NCBI GenBank assembly: GCA_950097015.1
Contig: CATNEN010000039.1
Span: 124,001 to 188,000, forward strand
Direction: 5' to 3'
DNA from: Macrostomum hystrix
Taxonomy: Eukaryota > Animalia > Platyhelminthes
Length of the DNA: 64,000 nt
Made by a program: the position numbers and the translations under genes. The notes under the pieces were generated by a model. That model had not been told where the DNA came from, did not search any database, and saw only the letters and a program-made list of their open reading frames with translations. This document shows, piece after piece, positions 49,201 to 61,075 of the stretch. Each line of letters begins with the position of its first letter. Position 1 is the stretch's first letter.

Positions 49201-50668
49201 CGGCTGTCTGCTCTGGGGCACTCGAGTCGTGGTGCCGCACGCCGGCCGGTCTGCGCTGCTACAGTGTCTGCACCAAGGACACCAGGGTGCGTCCAGAATG
49301 AAGGCGCTCGCTCGAAGTTTCTTTTGGTGGCCCAAGTTGGATGAGGCGATCGAGCAGCTTGCCAGTGACTGCGCGGACTGTCGAGAGCTGCAGAAGTCAC
49401 CGGCACCGGTTCCGCTGCACCCATGGGCGTGGCCGGACAGGCCGTGGTCGCGCCTCCATATTGATTTTGCAGGCCCAGTCGAGGGCAAGATGCTGCTGGT
49501 GGTAGTCGATGCCCACTCCAAGTGGATGGACGTGCATGTCATGACGTCCACAACTTCGGCGGCGACCATCCAGAGGCTGCGGGAGAGCTTCTGCACTCAT
49601 GGGCTGCCAGACATCATCGTGACGGACAACGGCCCCAACCTGGTCAGCGAGGAGATGGAGAAGTTCCTGCAGCAGAACGGCATCCGGCACGTGCGGACCG
49701 CGCCCTACCACCCGGCGTCCAACGGGCAGGCGGAGCGAGCGGTCCAAACGCTAAAGAAGTCGCTGGCGAAGCAGAAGAGCGGCTCGCTGGAGGGCCGGGT
49801 GGCGCGCTTCCTACTGACCTACCGCGTGACGCCTCACGCCACGACTGGCGCCCCGCCGTGTGAACTGCTGATGGGAAGGCGGCTGCGGTCCCTACTCGAT
49901 CGAGTGCGGCCGGATCTTCCAGCGAGGGTGGCTCTCCAGCAAGCGATACAGAAACAGCAACACGACGCCAACGCCCGTGATCGCCACATCGAGGTAGGCG
50001 ATGCTGTGGTGGCGAGAGATTTCGCGGCCGATGGCAGATGGAAGCCGGCAGTGGTGACTGCCAGCTCCGGAGCGGCGTCTTTCTCGTGCCAGTTCGACGA
50101 CGGCCGGCAGGCTCAGCGCCACGTCGATCAGCTGCGCAAGCCGCTGCCAACTGCGCCAGCCGCTGCGGCCCAGGAGTCGGAAGCCGAGCCTGTCGCGGAA
50201 CCGGCGGCAGCGGAAACCCAGACATCGGCTGCGGCAGCTGCGGTCGCCAGCGACACCGCAGACACGGGCGACCCGGTGCCGATTCGACGGTCAACCAGGC
50301 AGCGAGCTACGCCGGACAGACTGAGCTATTTTTGACCGACTGACTGAGTTGTTACTTTGGCCATGACTTTTGCTTTCCTTGATAATTTACCTTGCTTGCC
50401 ATCTCCCCCCGGTTCCTGTTTTGGTGGGGAGGGATGTGGTGACGTGGCTCTGTTTGCGGCTGGCTAAGGCAGGTGTGTTGTGCACCTGCGCGGCACGTAT
50501 CCAATTTTGGAATGTACGTGTGTTGATGTACGTGCTTTTAAACCTTCTATCCAATGTGCATGCGTGGAGTCTGCTATCGATTTTATAAATAAAATAAAAT
50601 ATAAAAGTCGCTGTGTCATCGCGTTTGGTAGTAGAGTTCGTTCTACAATCTTAAGTGAAGTCTTTACA
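46228..50668 (+). mobile_element. Intact Ty3/Gypsy (Mag-like) LTR retrotransposon, 4441 bp
   Basis: 234-bp LTRs at 46228-46461 and 50435-50668 (TG...CA, identical by eye); TSD ACCGG; PBS TGGCGACGAG at 46463; PPT GGGGAGGGA. Confidence 0.97.
46475..50335 (+). CDS. Single gag-pol polyprotein (~1286 aa): gag, 2 CCHC knuckles, protease, RT, RNase H, integrase
   Basis: CFRC/CFNC knuckles, IDTGAS, LPFG...FIDD, ECDASPYGIGA, HHCC, HIDFAGP...TDNG...QAERAV. Uninterrupted ORF. Confidence 0.97.
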   Translation: MSLVGSIEPFEEGTEKWQQYQERLEQFFEANDIKDEKKRAVLLSVCGKKTYQLIASLLAPGTPAASSYADICETLKNHFDPEPPEIVLRFRFYTRSRRAGESIADFLADLRRLARDCNFGSSLDSMLRDRFVLGINDDNIQRRLLSERKLTLDTALSRAQAEASAAEGNLMVTKSSASQEAFQIAKQPVAKRCFRCLSQRHAAAKCPFVDKKCFNCSKLGHAAAACKSPAATNRRGDQAVREVELEEEETHSLHVMAERRRGKIPPIETTVLIDGTPVRMEIDTGASVSLISSDTFRSELRGRPKLEPANAHLRTYSGEPVPLLGRIIVQVRAAGAAKELPLLVVNGSGSNLIGRDWLADLPLDWRSIKQVTKDGEHPRIRALLDQYADVFEPGLGKCNGPPVRLHLKDGARPRFFKARTVPFALKAKVEAQLDKEIEQGVLVPVNSSDYASPIVPVLKSDGSVRICADFKQTVNINIEPDKYPLPRIDELFAKLAGGQKFTKLDLSQAYSQMPLDEAAQQLCTINTSKGLLRYTRLPFGVAPAVGIFQRYMDSLLQSIPHVACFIDDLIITGADDGSHLRSLELVLQRLQQSGLRCGLGKCNFMQESVCYLGHRIDAAGLHPLQDKVRAIVDAPPPRNVTQLRSFLGMVNYYGKFMPNLSAELASLHRLLDQGAEWRWGAPQDAAFNKCKKLLSKAPVLVHFDDSKPLVLECDASPYGIGAVISHRINGIDQPIAFASRSLHDAETRYSQLDKEALAIIFGVKRFHSYLYGRKFTLISDHKPLLGLLHEGKPIPAMASGRIQRWALLLSAYSYTMEHRSGRSLLRADALSRLPLPERPRDAPVPADVVLVMDMLDEGPVTAGDIRVWTRKDPVLSRALHFTECGCWPEQTSPELQPYRSRRDQLSVQDGCLLWGTRVVVPHAGRSALLQCLHQGHQGASRMKALARSFFWWPKLDEAIEQLASDCADCRELQKSPAPVPLHPWAWPDRPWSRLHIDFAGPVEGKMLLVVVDAHSKWMDVHVMTSTTSAATIQRLRESFCTHGLPDIIVTDNGPNLVSEEMEKFLQQNGIRHVRTAPYHPASNGQAERAVQTLKKSLAKQKSGSLEGRVARFLLTYRVTPHATTGAPPCELLMGRRLRSLLDRVRPDLPARVALQQAIQKQQHDANARDRHIEVGDAVVARDFAADGRWKPAVVTASSGAASFSCQFDDGRQAQRHVDQLRKPLPTAPAAAAQESEAEPVAEPAAAETQTSAAAAAVASDTADTGDPVPIRRSTRQRATPDRLSYF

Positions 50669-53440
50669 ACCGGCTTGCCCAAATGTGTTGTTTATAAAAA
50701 AACGGAAAAAATTATTAAAAAATGTGGTTTGCGTTAATTTTAATGTTGTGATTTTTTGTTTTTTTTGCTCTTCTAATTCGTGGCGCTCAGCCGGACTCAG
50801 ATTATCTCCGAGTGTATTTCCTGTCGTCATTACCCAACGCTATAAGCTTTTCCGTACTTTTCGCCGTGCGTTTTTGTTTTACTCATCTACGCTCGTAGTT
50901 GCATCAAGCTAATGTCACAGTCTCTTTCCCCTCTTTCCGTCGCAGCGTGTTCCGACCCTGAGTGTGTGACCGCCCTTATTTATTTATTTTTCAGCCGTGT
51001 GCGGCCAGTCCTTTGTAGGTTTGCCTGCATTACTGTTCGGTGGTGGTTGTTGCAATTTCTGTTCTGTTCTGTAACCGATTTTATTTAAGTTTTCGCCCCG
51101 CTGAGAAGAGTTTTTGCCTTCGAGTGTCTGTTGTTCAGCCCGGTCCGTTGATCCTGCCTTCTGTTTGTGCCGTGTTACCGAGGTTGCCCTATAGTCGCTG
51201 TTCCGCCCGGTGCGTTGTAAGTTTGGTCCTGACTGCGTTTTTTTTATGGAAAGCCGTTTGCGTTCGCGGACTTCCCCAGTTTTGCCAAGCCTAGAAGTGT
51301 TTCCGATCAGCCCTGTTTTCTTCGGGTTCTTTTTTGTCATGCGATTTTGTCATGCGGCTGTATTAGCAGGAGTTTGTGACCACCACTCAGTCTGTCGAGA
51401 ACCTAGTTATGGGCAATTTGTGCCGTGCTATGTGAGTTGCACTCCGCGCTTTGCGTCTTCGTAGCCATCTGCGCTCGCGAGTTATTTGTTCCGCTGTTGG
51501 GATTTAGCTTGTTTGATTCTGTGGGTTCTATTCATCCTTCATCGTTTGTCGCTACTGTTAATAGCAGCTTTAGTTTTTTTGGAGAAGGGGCGGGTGTAAC
51601 GATGTCACTATTTATTTTTGTTAACTTCATCTTTCTTAGAAATCTGGCGCAAACTTAAATATAATTTGAAAGGACGGTTTGAGGCGTAAGTGCGAGCGTC
51701 GGAGCGGAATATAACTACAGTCTAAGGAGTACAGACATTTAAAATAATTAAGACATTTTAATTAGCTGGAGACTAACCACATTGGAGTCGAGAACGAGTA
51801 ACCGGGACCCTGGCGCTGCCGCTGACAAGCCGTGGTTGACTTTAAGAAATCGTTATTGGTCTTGCACAATTTCTTCTGACTTCTGGGAAAACTCGTCTGC
51901 ACACGAACTCTAGTTCGTCACAAAAGAGCCCTCCAACACTAGCTGATTGCCCAAAATTCTCGTGAACACATTCAGATTAGAAAAGGGGATTTAGCGATCA
52001 TTTCGCCATAAGTATGTAAAAAAATATTTTAGCCCCGAACTCTTTGAGAATATGATGTCCAAGTAAATATCAAATCATAAGTTGAATTATATTTTATCTT
52101 CGATTGATGCAAAAGAAAGAGAAATCCATAAATGTCATTTCTCGCATTTTGAAATAACACTGGCAGTAGCGAAATTTCGCCGCTGACGTCAAAGTGCAAT
52201 AAAATTATCAATAGAACAGCAACTTTTTTTTACTTTTAGATCTAAATACAGTCGCCTTGTACCTTTTAAACTACTTTTTGCATTTTCGCTGGTCCTGCGC
52301 CACCGAGCCAGCGTTTCGCTAGCTCTCATTTTTCACTGGGTCCTTGTTCAGAACGTATCTATATTATTGTTAGTAAGTAATCAACACAAGAAACAATTTC
52401 AGTTCACTTCACTCAATCCACTACTCTTCTGTTCTATTTCTTTCCTATCTCAAACACTTTATATTTTGGACAAAACATGTCGGCTCTCTTATAGCAAAAT
52501 GTCATGATATTTAATTGGGCGGGGGTTGACGAGTGCATTTAAACAACAAAAATATCGCATATAATATTTGATATTTGGCGTAATTTCAACTTTGCATTAT
52601 ACTTTTGAATTTTCTTAGGCCTGCCTCAATAACAAAGAATTGGCTTTACAGAGTGTTACACGGGTGGTGAATTACACTTTTCATCGTAATAAATGTAAAA
52701 TTGTATCAAAAACTGTGTTTTTAATTCGTAGATCTTTTTTGCATTTAAAATTAATAATACATGTATTTTACTAAAAAATTATAAGGACCTAGTTTAGTTA
52801 CGCTCTAGTTTTTGTTAATTTCAAATCTAAACATTTTAAATTTGCTATTTGTTAGATTATTTGCTTACATTACTTACGTATAATTATGTTAGCTGTTGAA
52901 CGTATTTGTTGCTTTGCCTGGTACCCTAGTTACAATGTTGGTACCATTTTTCTCCTTCTTAGCGATAGTCAACCTTTAAGCGACAACTAAAAGTATTTAT
53001 TTTATTTTTTTCTTCCGATGATGAGGCAGAACAAACTAGTAGTGTAAAGCAAAGGCAAATTTAGCAATTAAATGATAGATTCTTTGTAAAGACTAGCTAG
53101 GTCGAAATGTAGGAAGCTTAGTAATGGATGTATAAAAAGTAAAAAAGTAGATTGAAAGAAAATCGAAGCTGAAAAAATAATAACTCGAACTTTTAAAATA
53201 AAGTCCCCAGTGGGCCAGGGACACAAGTCACTACACTGCTGTGCTGCAGTTGTGCTGCACTGCTGCCCTAGCAACAGCATTTTTGTTTGTTAAATTATAT
53301 TTCACTAAAATTTATTGTTTATAAACTGGGGGTATTGTATATCCTTGCTTCTCAGCCTTGTATGAGACTGTTTTCAGTGTGTATCAGCTGTCTAAGTGAT
53401 GGAGGGTGGAGTCAGTGTTTAGGTTTTAGTGATAGTAAGT

Positions 53441-54391
53441 GCTTATTCCCACGGTCCTGTGCTGATAATTTCAATTTTATCCACACGGATCCATGCCAAT
53501 AATTTTCTGCTTATCCACATGGCAGCTTGTATGAATAGGTCTACTTTCAAGTCCCTACCTATTCTTCTCTAAGCATAAGGCTTTTGCTTCAGAGTATAGT
53601 GTATAGTGTAAACTATCAATGCATAGTGTAAAATAATAGGTGATGATGTGTGATGATGTGTGATGATATGTGTGATGAGTTTGGTGCTGACTAGAATTCT
53701 GCTGGTTGACTTGTATGATTTTCTTTGATAGACTTGTTACTTTTAAGTCAATACAATTCAAATGAAAAGATGTAACGATGACAAAAGATTTAGTAAGTTG
53801 TTATTACAATAATTAAAAAGGGTGACATTAATGTCAGTTAATGAATGTGTAGGTTAAAATGTAGAACACAGTTGTAACACACTGGCAACTTTGTCGATCT
53901 ATTGGCTTGAGGGTTCAACAAAACGTTCAAACCCATAGTGGCGGCGCAGGGGGGGGGGCGGGGGGGTGGGCTGCCCCCGGGTGACCACCCCTCACCACCC
54001 TTAGGGAGTGACCACCCACTTAAAAAAATTGGTACTTAACCATATTTTTTCAAAAGTGTGGTCACCCCATGGGGCATGGGGGTGGTCACCTGAGACCTTT
54101 TTTTTGGTGGCCGGGAGGGTGACCACCCAACCACTGCCCCCCCAGCTGGAGGTCCTGCGCCACCACTGCAAACCCAAAAGGGCCTCATTTTAAAAAACAT
54201 AACCATGTGGATAAAATTGAAATTAATGGAAAATGGAAAACAAAATTAAAAATGAAATTTAATATATTTATATAAAGAGTTGTAGATTCATGCAAGCTGC
54301 TAATGCCTGCCATGTGGATAAGCAGAAAATTATCGGCACAGATCCGTGTGGATAAAATTGAAATTATTGGCATGGGACTGTGGGAATAAGC
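53441..54391. mobile_element. MITE-like element with ~85-bp TIRs
   Basis: GCTTATTCCCACRGTCC...TTATCCACATGGCAG is inverted at ~54306-54391. TSD not clear. Confidence 0.75.
53936..54168. mobile_element. hAT-type MITE nested in the previous element
   Basis: TIR YAGTGGYGGCGCAGG; 8-bp TSD CAAACCCA (53928-35, 54169-76). Confidence 0.85.
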
Positions 54392-57300
54392 TCTGCCTTT
54401 AGTGATTAGGGTAGAGTTAGTTGCTATTAATATTTACTATAGTAACAACAAATTCAGTAAAGCATCAGTCTAGAGTCTAGGTCAGGCAAATATACAAATT
54501 CTAAAGACATTGCACAAATTTGCTTGCCTATCAGCAATATTAGATTGTGGGGTTAATGCCAGAAAATTCTGGCATACAGGAGGGTCAGGAGCCCTAGATG
54601 GCATACATCGGCGTACAAGAGTAAGACTAGGATAAATGTCTTCTTGGCATGCATAATTGGCATACAATAGCAAAGTGTAGCATACTGGCTTACTAAATTA
54701 TATGTACAAGTTAGTCAGTCATTGTATTTTGCATCATGTGTCTTTACTGACATTGGCTAATGTCTATGCAAAAATTACAACTGACATTATTTCAGAGAAT
54801 TGGCAAGCATAATTTAAATTTTTAATATCACATATTTTCTTTGACATTTGTAATTTGTAACGAGTCAATAAGTTAATGACTAATGTTTCATCTGTTATTA
54901 GCTACTGCTACTTTTACCTCAACAAAACTTAATGTTACAGATGAAGCGTTATAGAAACAAGTTCTGTACATGGTAGAAACATAAAATTTAGGATTTAGGA
55001 CAACAGCAAAATGTTGACATGCAACTCTATTTTGTTTTTTTGCTTGATTGTTGCTGTTGGTGTACAGCTTTCTTCTTTCTTTATTTTGCTTTATTGGCGT
55101 ACTGGCTTACAGTTTAATAGCTAGCCAATATGCTTTCTGGCATGCTGGAGACACAATCTGTAATATGACCTATCAGGGGCACAAATTTTGAAGTCATTTT
55201 CCTTTTTTGTGAATGTATACATTATGTTTTGCTGCTTGGCAATTAGTTGTGTGGTGCATTCTCTGATACAGTGGATCTCTTTTTATTAACAATATTTCTT
55301 AGTAAATTTCATGCTTTGTTTGTAGGCTTGTAGCTGCAACAACCAACAGCTTTGACTCCTTGACTTAGTCTTGTTTCAATCTTTTGTTTTGTAAGTATAA
55401 TATTTTTTAACTAAAAATCTAACTTTTTGAGCACATAATTTATTTTTGTTTTTTCTGATCAATCCAAACAATGTCTAATATTGCTTCCAATTGTCTCTTG
55501 CCTAGTTTATTTGCATAATATGCAAATTCAAACTCAAATTCATAAATTCTAACTAGCTTAAGGTCATGGTCATTCAATTCAAGCTGCAATATAGCTAGCA
55601 TCTGTAGCAAACACCTAACAAAATCACAGAAGGCTCACTCACTGACTTGGCATATGGTTGTTAACTGTTTCATTTAAACATTTTAATCAGTTTAGGTAGC
55701 TATTATAAGATTGTGTATGTTCTAATAAGCTTGCTACAATTATTGGTAATTGTAAAGAACATAGGGAAGTTGTTGAGATTTGTGAATATTTAGTTTTATA
55801 TAGAAAATTTAGTTTCTATGACTTTCTTCTGATTCTATTTGAGATAGGATAAATATTAAATATTCAGGTACATTATTTGTATAGACAGTTATTCTTTTTT
55901 TAGAATACCAAACTGCTAAAATTAACTAAGGTTTTGTATTAGCTAAGTTTAATAGTGCATTCTATAGGTTTCTCATATAAGTTTTTTTAAACATAATGCC
56001 ACAATAAGTTAGTTATAAGCTGAGGATACTATCTACAGTTTCTTTTATTACCATTTTGTTTGCCCATGAATAAATTAAGTTGGCTTTTTGGTGACTTATT
56101 TCTCAAGCAAAACATATCACTGTGGAAGCCTGACAAGCCAAGAACAAGTGAGGGGGCCTTAATAGTAGTCCAACACCTGATAAGCAAAAGTTCAACATGC
56201 CAATTTATAATTTTCGAAGTGGCATACCAGTTCAGCAAAAAACATTTCTCATTGAGAAGCAGTTCCCCAGAAGGGGTGAACTTTAATTTAGTGTCTTAAT
56301 GTAGAGGCTCAATATATTAGCGATCTAGGCCATAGACAGCAGTAGGCAGGGAGACAAAGAAATTTTTTCTGTATTGAGAGGTGGTTGGGAGAATGAGGGC
56401 ACTGTAAAAATTAGGAAGCACAGAAATAGTGATTAGTGCTACTGAATCAGCAGAGTGGGAGGTTGTAGATACAGACAGTTTGCTTAATGCATAGTCAATT
56501 TCTTAGCCAGGCACATGGATACATGGTCAGATGGGATTTTAATCTTTAGGATTGGTTTAGAATAAGAAAAAATATATTTGGGTTTAGTTCAGGACAGTGA
56601 ATTAATTGAGATCCAGGATGGACTCAGGCTAAAAAATCACCTAGCTGACCAACCTTCTATAAATAGAAATTGTAACTACAAAATTAAAGCAAATGTGTAA
56701 CGCCTCAATTGCTATTCTCATATAAATTATAATTTATTAGAAGAGTTAAAAAAAGTACTTATAATCTACAATTTTTTGTTTCATTGAACCTAAATATTGC
56801 TTAGATTAAAAGACGAATGTTTGTTTAATTAACATTAATCAGTATTGTATTGGAGTAAAAACGATAAAAAAATGAAAGATTTAGCAGCTAAAGTTACAAT
56901 TCTCGGATTTTAAACTCTATAAAGATTTAGCCTTCTCAGTAAGCGTTATTTATTAAAATTTTAATAGAATTGTTTCATTGGTTTTTTGTAAGGACAGTGG
57001 TTCTCTGTTGCTGGTGGGACTTAGGTTTCTCTGTTGCTGCAGGCTATTGTTTCTCTGCTGGGGGACAAACGTTCACTGCTACTGGGAAAAGACATTTTTG
57101 TCCAAATTTCTCTAGATGTCAATCGCTATATGCAAATACCCGTTGCTAAATGACGGGAACAATACCAATAGTGATTGACCAGTATTTTTTTCCGTAAGCC
57201 CGCAGCAACAGCAGCAGCGATTCTACCTATCGAATTGTGAGCCAAAAGCTACAAAAGCAATTGTAGCAATTGTAGTTGACTTCAGTCACTTGATTTCTGG

Positions 57301-57409
57301 CAGCCAGCACCGACAAACCTGCGCTGTCAATCCGTGAGCGCGCAGCAACAGCTACAACTAAAGGCGGCCACAAAATAGAAGATCCGGCTACTCCTTGTGG
57401 TGTAGCCGA

Positions 57410-60021
57410 ATGGTAATATTAGAGCAGCACCAGCAGCAGCCCCAGCAACAATGCCTCAGCAGTATGTCATGCGCCGCAGCAGCAGCTGCCATAAACGCTG
57501 CACAGCATGAACTGGTGGCGACATTGTCAGCCGAATCTGCCTCGACTCATCCACCACCGTCAGCAACGGGCGACAGCAGCGGTTCAAACAGTCACACCCA
57601 CGATAGAAGCGGTTGCTACAGCGACGAAGAGAGTGCGAGTGCTGATTCGCGAGGCGTCTACACCTCGGCGGCGGTTATGTCCCCGCAACACCTCACTAAC
57701 GGAATGACAGACGGCCAGCGACCGTTGCCGCAGTCTGTTGACCATCAGCGGCAGCCAGATAAAACTTTGGAAACCAAACCGCCGAACGCGTCATGGCTGC
57801 AACATCAGCAGCGCTTAAATTTACGCCAGGTAGAATTTATGCTTCTGTGTGAACTGATCTCATTCATCATTACCCTGCTGAATCCTCCGTAGACATTTGC
57901 TCACCTCCTCACTAATTATTCAGCAGTCAGTTGCTCACCTCACTAAATTCCCAGGATCAACACCTCAATCAATTCTCAGCAGCAAGTTGACTACATCACC
58001 CAATCTCCAGCAGCTAGTTGCTCACCTGCTCACTGAATCCCCACACCCAGTTAACCAGCTCATTTTATCATCGCCACAGGGCCAGCTGGCTGCCTGGGCT
58101 GCTTACACGGACGCTGACGCGCAGTTAAAGGGCCTGGACTCGCTTGCTCGCACCCTGCTTGCTGGGGCTGGACTCGGGTTCGCCGAAAGCGCTGCACAGG
58201 AGCTGGCTAGCCGCATCGTCCGGACCGATCTGCTATCTGAGGGCTTCGAGGCGTTGCTTGGCGACCCGGCAGTCAACCGCAACCTGCCCGAGGCCTCATG
58301 CCTGCCCGGTCTGTCGCGCCTGCTTCACTCTTGTCTGGACAGCGACGCCACCGACTCCGATAGCCACGATGACAGCGTTGCGGACAGTGACGATGGATCT
58401 TCTGGCGTTTCTGAGGTGGCTGCGCCCGGATTGCAGGAGCGCGAAGCATGGTTCCGTAAAAGGGCCCAGCTTGTCACGCGCTGGCAGTGGGTGAGTGAGG
58501 GTCTTCTCTTTGAGAAGCACGAAAAAATATCTCACTAGCCTTCCGTGATCCTCAGCCAACCCCCTCTTGATTTCTGTGATGCTCAGCCAATCCCTTCTTG
58601 ATTTCTGTGATGCTCAGCCAACCCCCTCTTGATTTCTGTGATGCTCAGCCAACCCCCTCTTGATTTCTGTGATGCTCAGCCAACCCCCTCTTGATTTCTC
58701 TAATGCTCCGCCAATCCCTTCTTGATTTCTGTGATGCTCAGCCAACCCCCTCTTGATTTCTGTGATGCTTAGCCAATCCCTGTCATCGCTGGACTTCGCC
58801 AATATCCCATTACGCCCAATCCAGGTGAGCCAGCAGCTGAGCGATGTCGACTGCCGACTACGTGCCTACACCGAGCTGTGCGACCGGTTGACTGCCAAGC
58901 CATGGCGCTTTGACCCAGGCGATTCTACTAGCCGCTGCACACCTGCTCCATCCCAGCTGCTTGCTGGCGGCCGTCGTCGAGTCCGCCTTCAGCCACCCAG
59001 GATGTCGGGCGCCAATTGTGCTGGGCTTGTTCGTTGCTTCTGCGCACCACCTCTGCCTGGCTGCGTCCTGTGCGGAGGCTGGCTTAATCGGGTGCGCCCG
59101 GTGGTGTCGCTGGCGCCTATCTCAGAGCGCTGCCAGCAGCTGGACTCGGCCTGCCATCCAGCACTGGGTCCTGTGGCTGACCAGCAGGACATCGAGACAG
59201 CAGTCTCCTCCATCTTCCGAAAGAAACGCTCCCGGCAGCAGAGACAGCCTGAACAGCTGGCTATGAAACCTCAGTATCTACAGCATCGCCGCAAACCTCT
59301 ACCATCCTCTTTTGATGCGGCATCGCAGGCTAGTTCCTCTTCCTCTAGCTCGTCTGCTGCCGCCAGGCAAAGTCAAAAACAGCAGCTACAACAGGAACAA
59401 AAACGTCAGCGTCAGTATCCTCCGCCTCTGAAGATTCCGTCCCTCACTTCCACAGCCGCGGTGAAAAGGCCACTGCAGCAGCTGCATGAACGGCCGTTGT
59501 CTATCTCCGATTGCGACGCTGCAGCCGGCCTCAACGGCTCAGCCGAATCGGTTTTATTCGTCTCAACGGCTGTGGACGTGTCGCCGGACTCGCCTCCCTG
59601 GACGGCGCAGCACTACGAACCCATCGAGTATCGTGAAATTTCCACTCCCAGCTGGCGCCAGGTGGATGCCGCGCCTCTGGGGCCCACCTCGTCTGTGTCT
59701 GAGATTCATGTTTACGCCAAGCTAGCCCGGCCCGCTCCCAACGGTGGCTCTGGGGGCACCTCGGCGTCTCTACGTCTTTGCCGAGTTCAGGAGACGCCAG
59801 GCATGTCGGAGGACCTGGCAGACGCTGCCTACTATATCCGGCACCGACCGTGCGAGAAAGCCGAGCACCTGCGCAACTGGGGCCGAAAAATGCGACCCAG
59901 CCCAGCGAAACCCTGTCAGCCTCGCGTGCCGCCCGACAGTGACATGTCCGTACAGGAAGACGGCCGCTTCAACCCTGGTTACTCTCAGCGGCAGTTCCCG
60001 CTACCGCAGGACCCAGTTTAG
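57410..60021 (+). CDS. KANSL1: KAT8 regulatory NSL complex subunit 1 (KANSL1/NSL1)-like, PEHE domain
   Basis: Exons 57410-57829, 58080-58490 and 58825-60021 (phase 0). DSDATDS, WFRKRAQLVTRWQWVSQQLSDVDCRLR, C-x-C...C-x-LCGG, ER..LD..HP.L, YREISTPSWR, and PEHE-like EDLADAAYYIRHRPCEKAE...W. Start codon uncertain (57410 or 57473). Confidence 0.85.
58543..58780. repeat. 31-bp tandem repeat, ~7 copies, in KANSL1-like intron 2
   Basis: Unit GATTTCTGTGATGCTCAGCCAACCCCCTCTT. Confidence 0.92.
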
Positions 60022-61075
60022 CCTATCGCCCAGTTCTGTTAATTTGCTTCTACTGCCCTAATCATATTTTTATCTTGGCCTCAACCTCACAAGTAAAACT
60101 ACAACCTCGCACTCGCTAGCTTTTGTGCCTGCGTTCGAATGCGATTCCCCTCTTTTTGTCATGTGGAAGCGCCTTTTTTAGCTATTAGCTGGCTTCAATG
60201 GCCTGCCTCTCCATCTGATGGTTTAATAGCTAAAAGCTGCTACTCGGTCTTGGCTCACACTTTGCTGAAACTTCCGGTAAAAGAGAAAGTGAGCAACCAG
60301 TGTGAGCCAGCAACGGGCTTGGGTTCGTGCGCTCTCTGCACCAATTGTTTGTCTTTATGATCCGGTACATTTCGTAACTATTGCAGACAGCGCTAGGTGA
60401 TCTCCAGGTGCGGGAGCATCTGGCATGAGTGATGAAGCGAAATTCTGTTAAAATTAACCCCCCGGTTGCCCCCGCATGCACACATTCGCGGTCTGAGCCG
60501 TTGGAGTTGCGTTTCTAATTTTAACCTCTACATCTATCCTTTCCCTCTCCGCATATGCAGACCACTGAAGTGTCAATGACTCTCAGCTGGTGTTGTTCCT
60601 AATGCACAATAGTGTTAAACTAAGACCTCTAAATAGGTCGCCGCCTGTTTATTCAACCAGTTTTAGAGTGCCATACTGCTTTGAAAGTCATCTGATTCCT
60701 CAATGCCCTGTAATACCATATGCCCGCCTCCCTGCCTAGGAGTCCGCCTCAGTTTAGAGGCACTATTAGCCAGTGCGCTTCATTTGTAAAATCAATACCT
60801 TAGTTCTAATGATGCGTGTTCGGCTCTGTGTGAGTAAAAATACATGGAAATCGCAAAATAGACCGCGTTGTCTTAAATTCTAGTTTCTTTCGAAATGCCT
60901 TTGCCTTCACAAGACTTGCTTTAATTGCTGTTTGTGTTGAGCTGCCTATTGCACTTTCAGTTTCAGTTTGAGCAGTTAGTTGCAACGCTACTTTCTTGTC
61001 TACATAACTAATGTTTCAGTTTTAAGGTTTGTAAGTATTCCATTTTTTATTTAAAGTTGCAGCTAGTGTGTCTGA

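Noticed and set aside
46750-50294. Many antisense and alternative-frame ORFs over gag-pol and host exons
   Set aside because: Shadow ORFs produced by GC-rich codon usage; no motifs.
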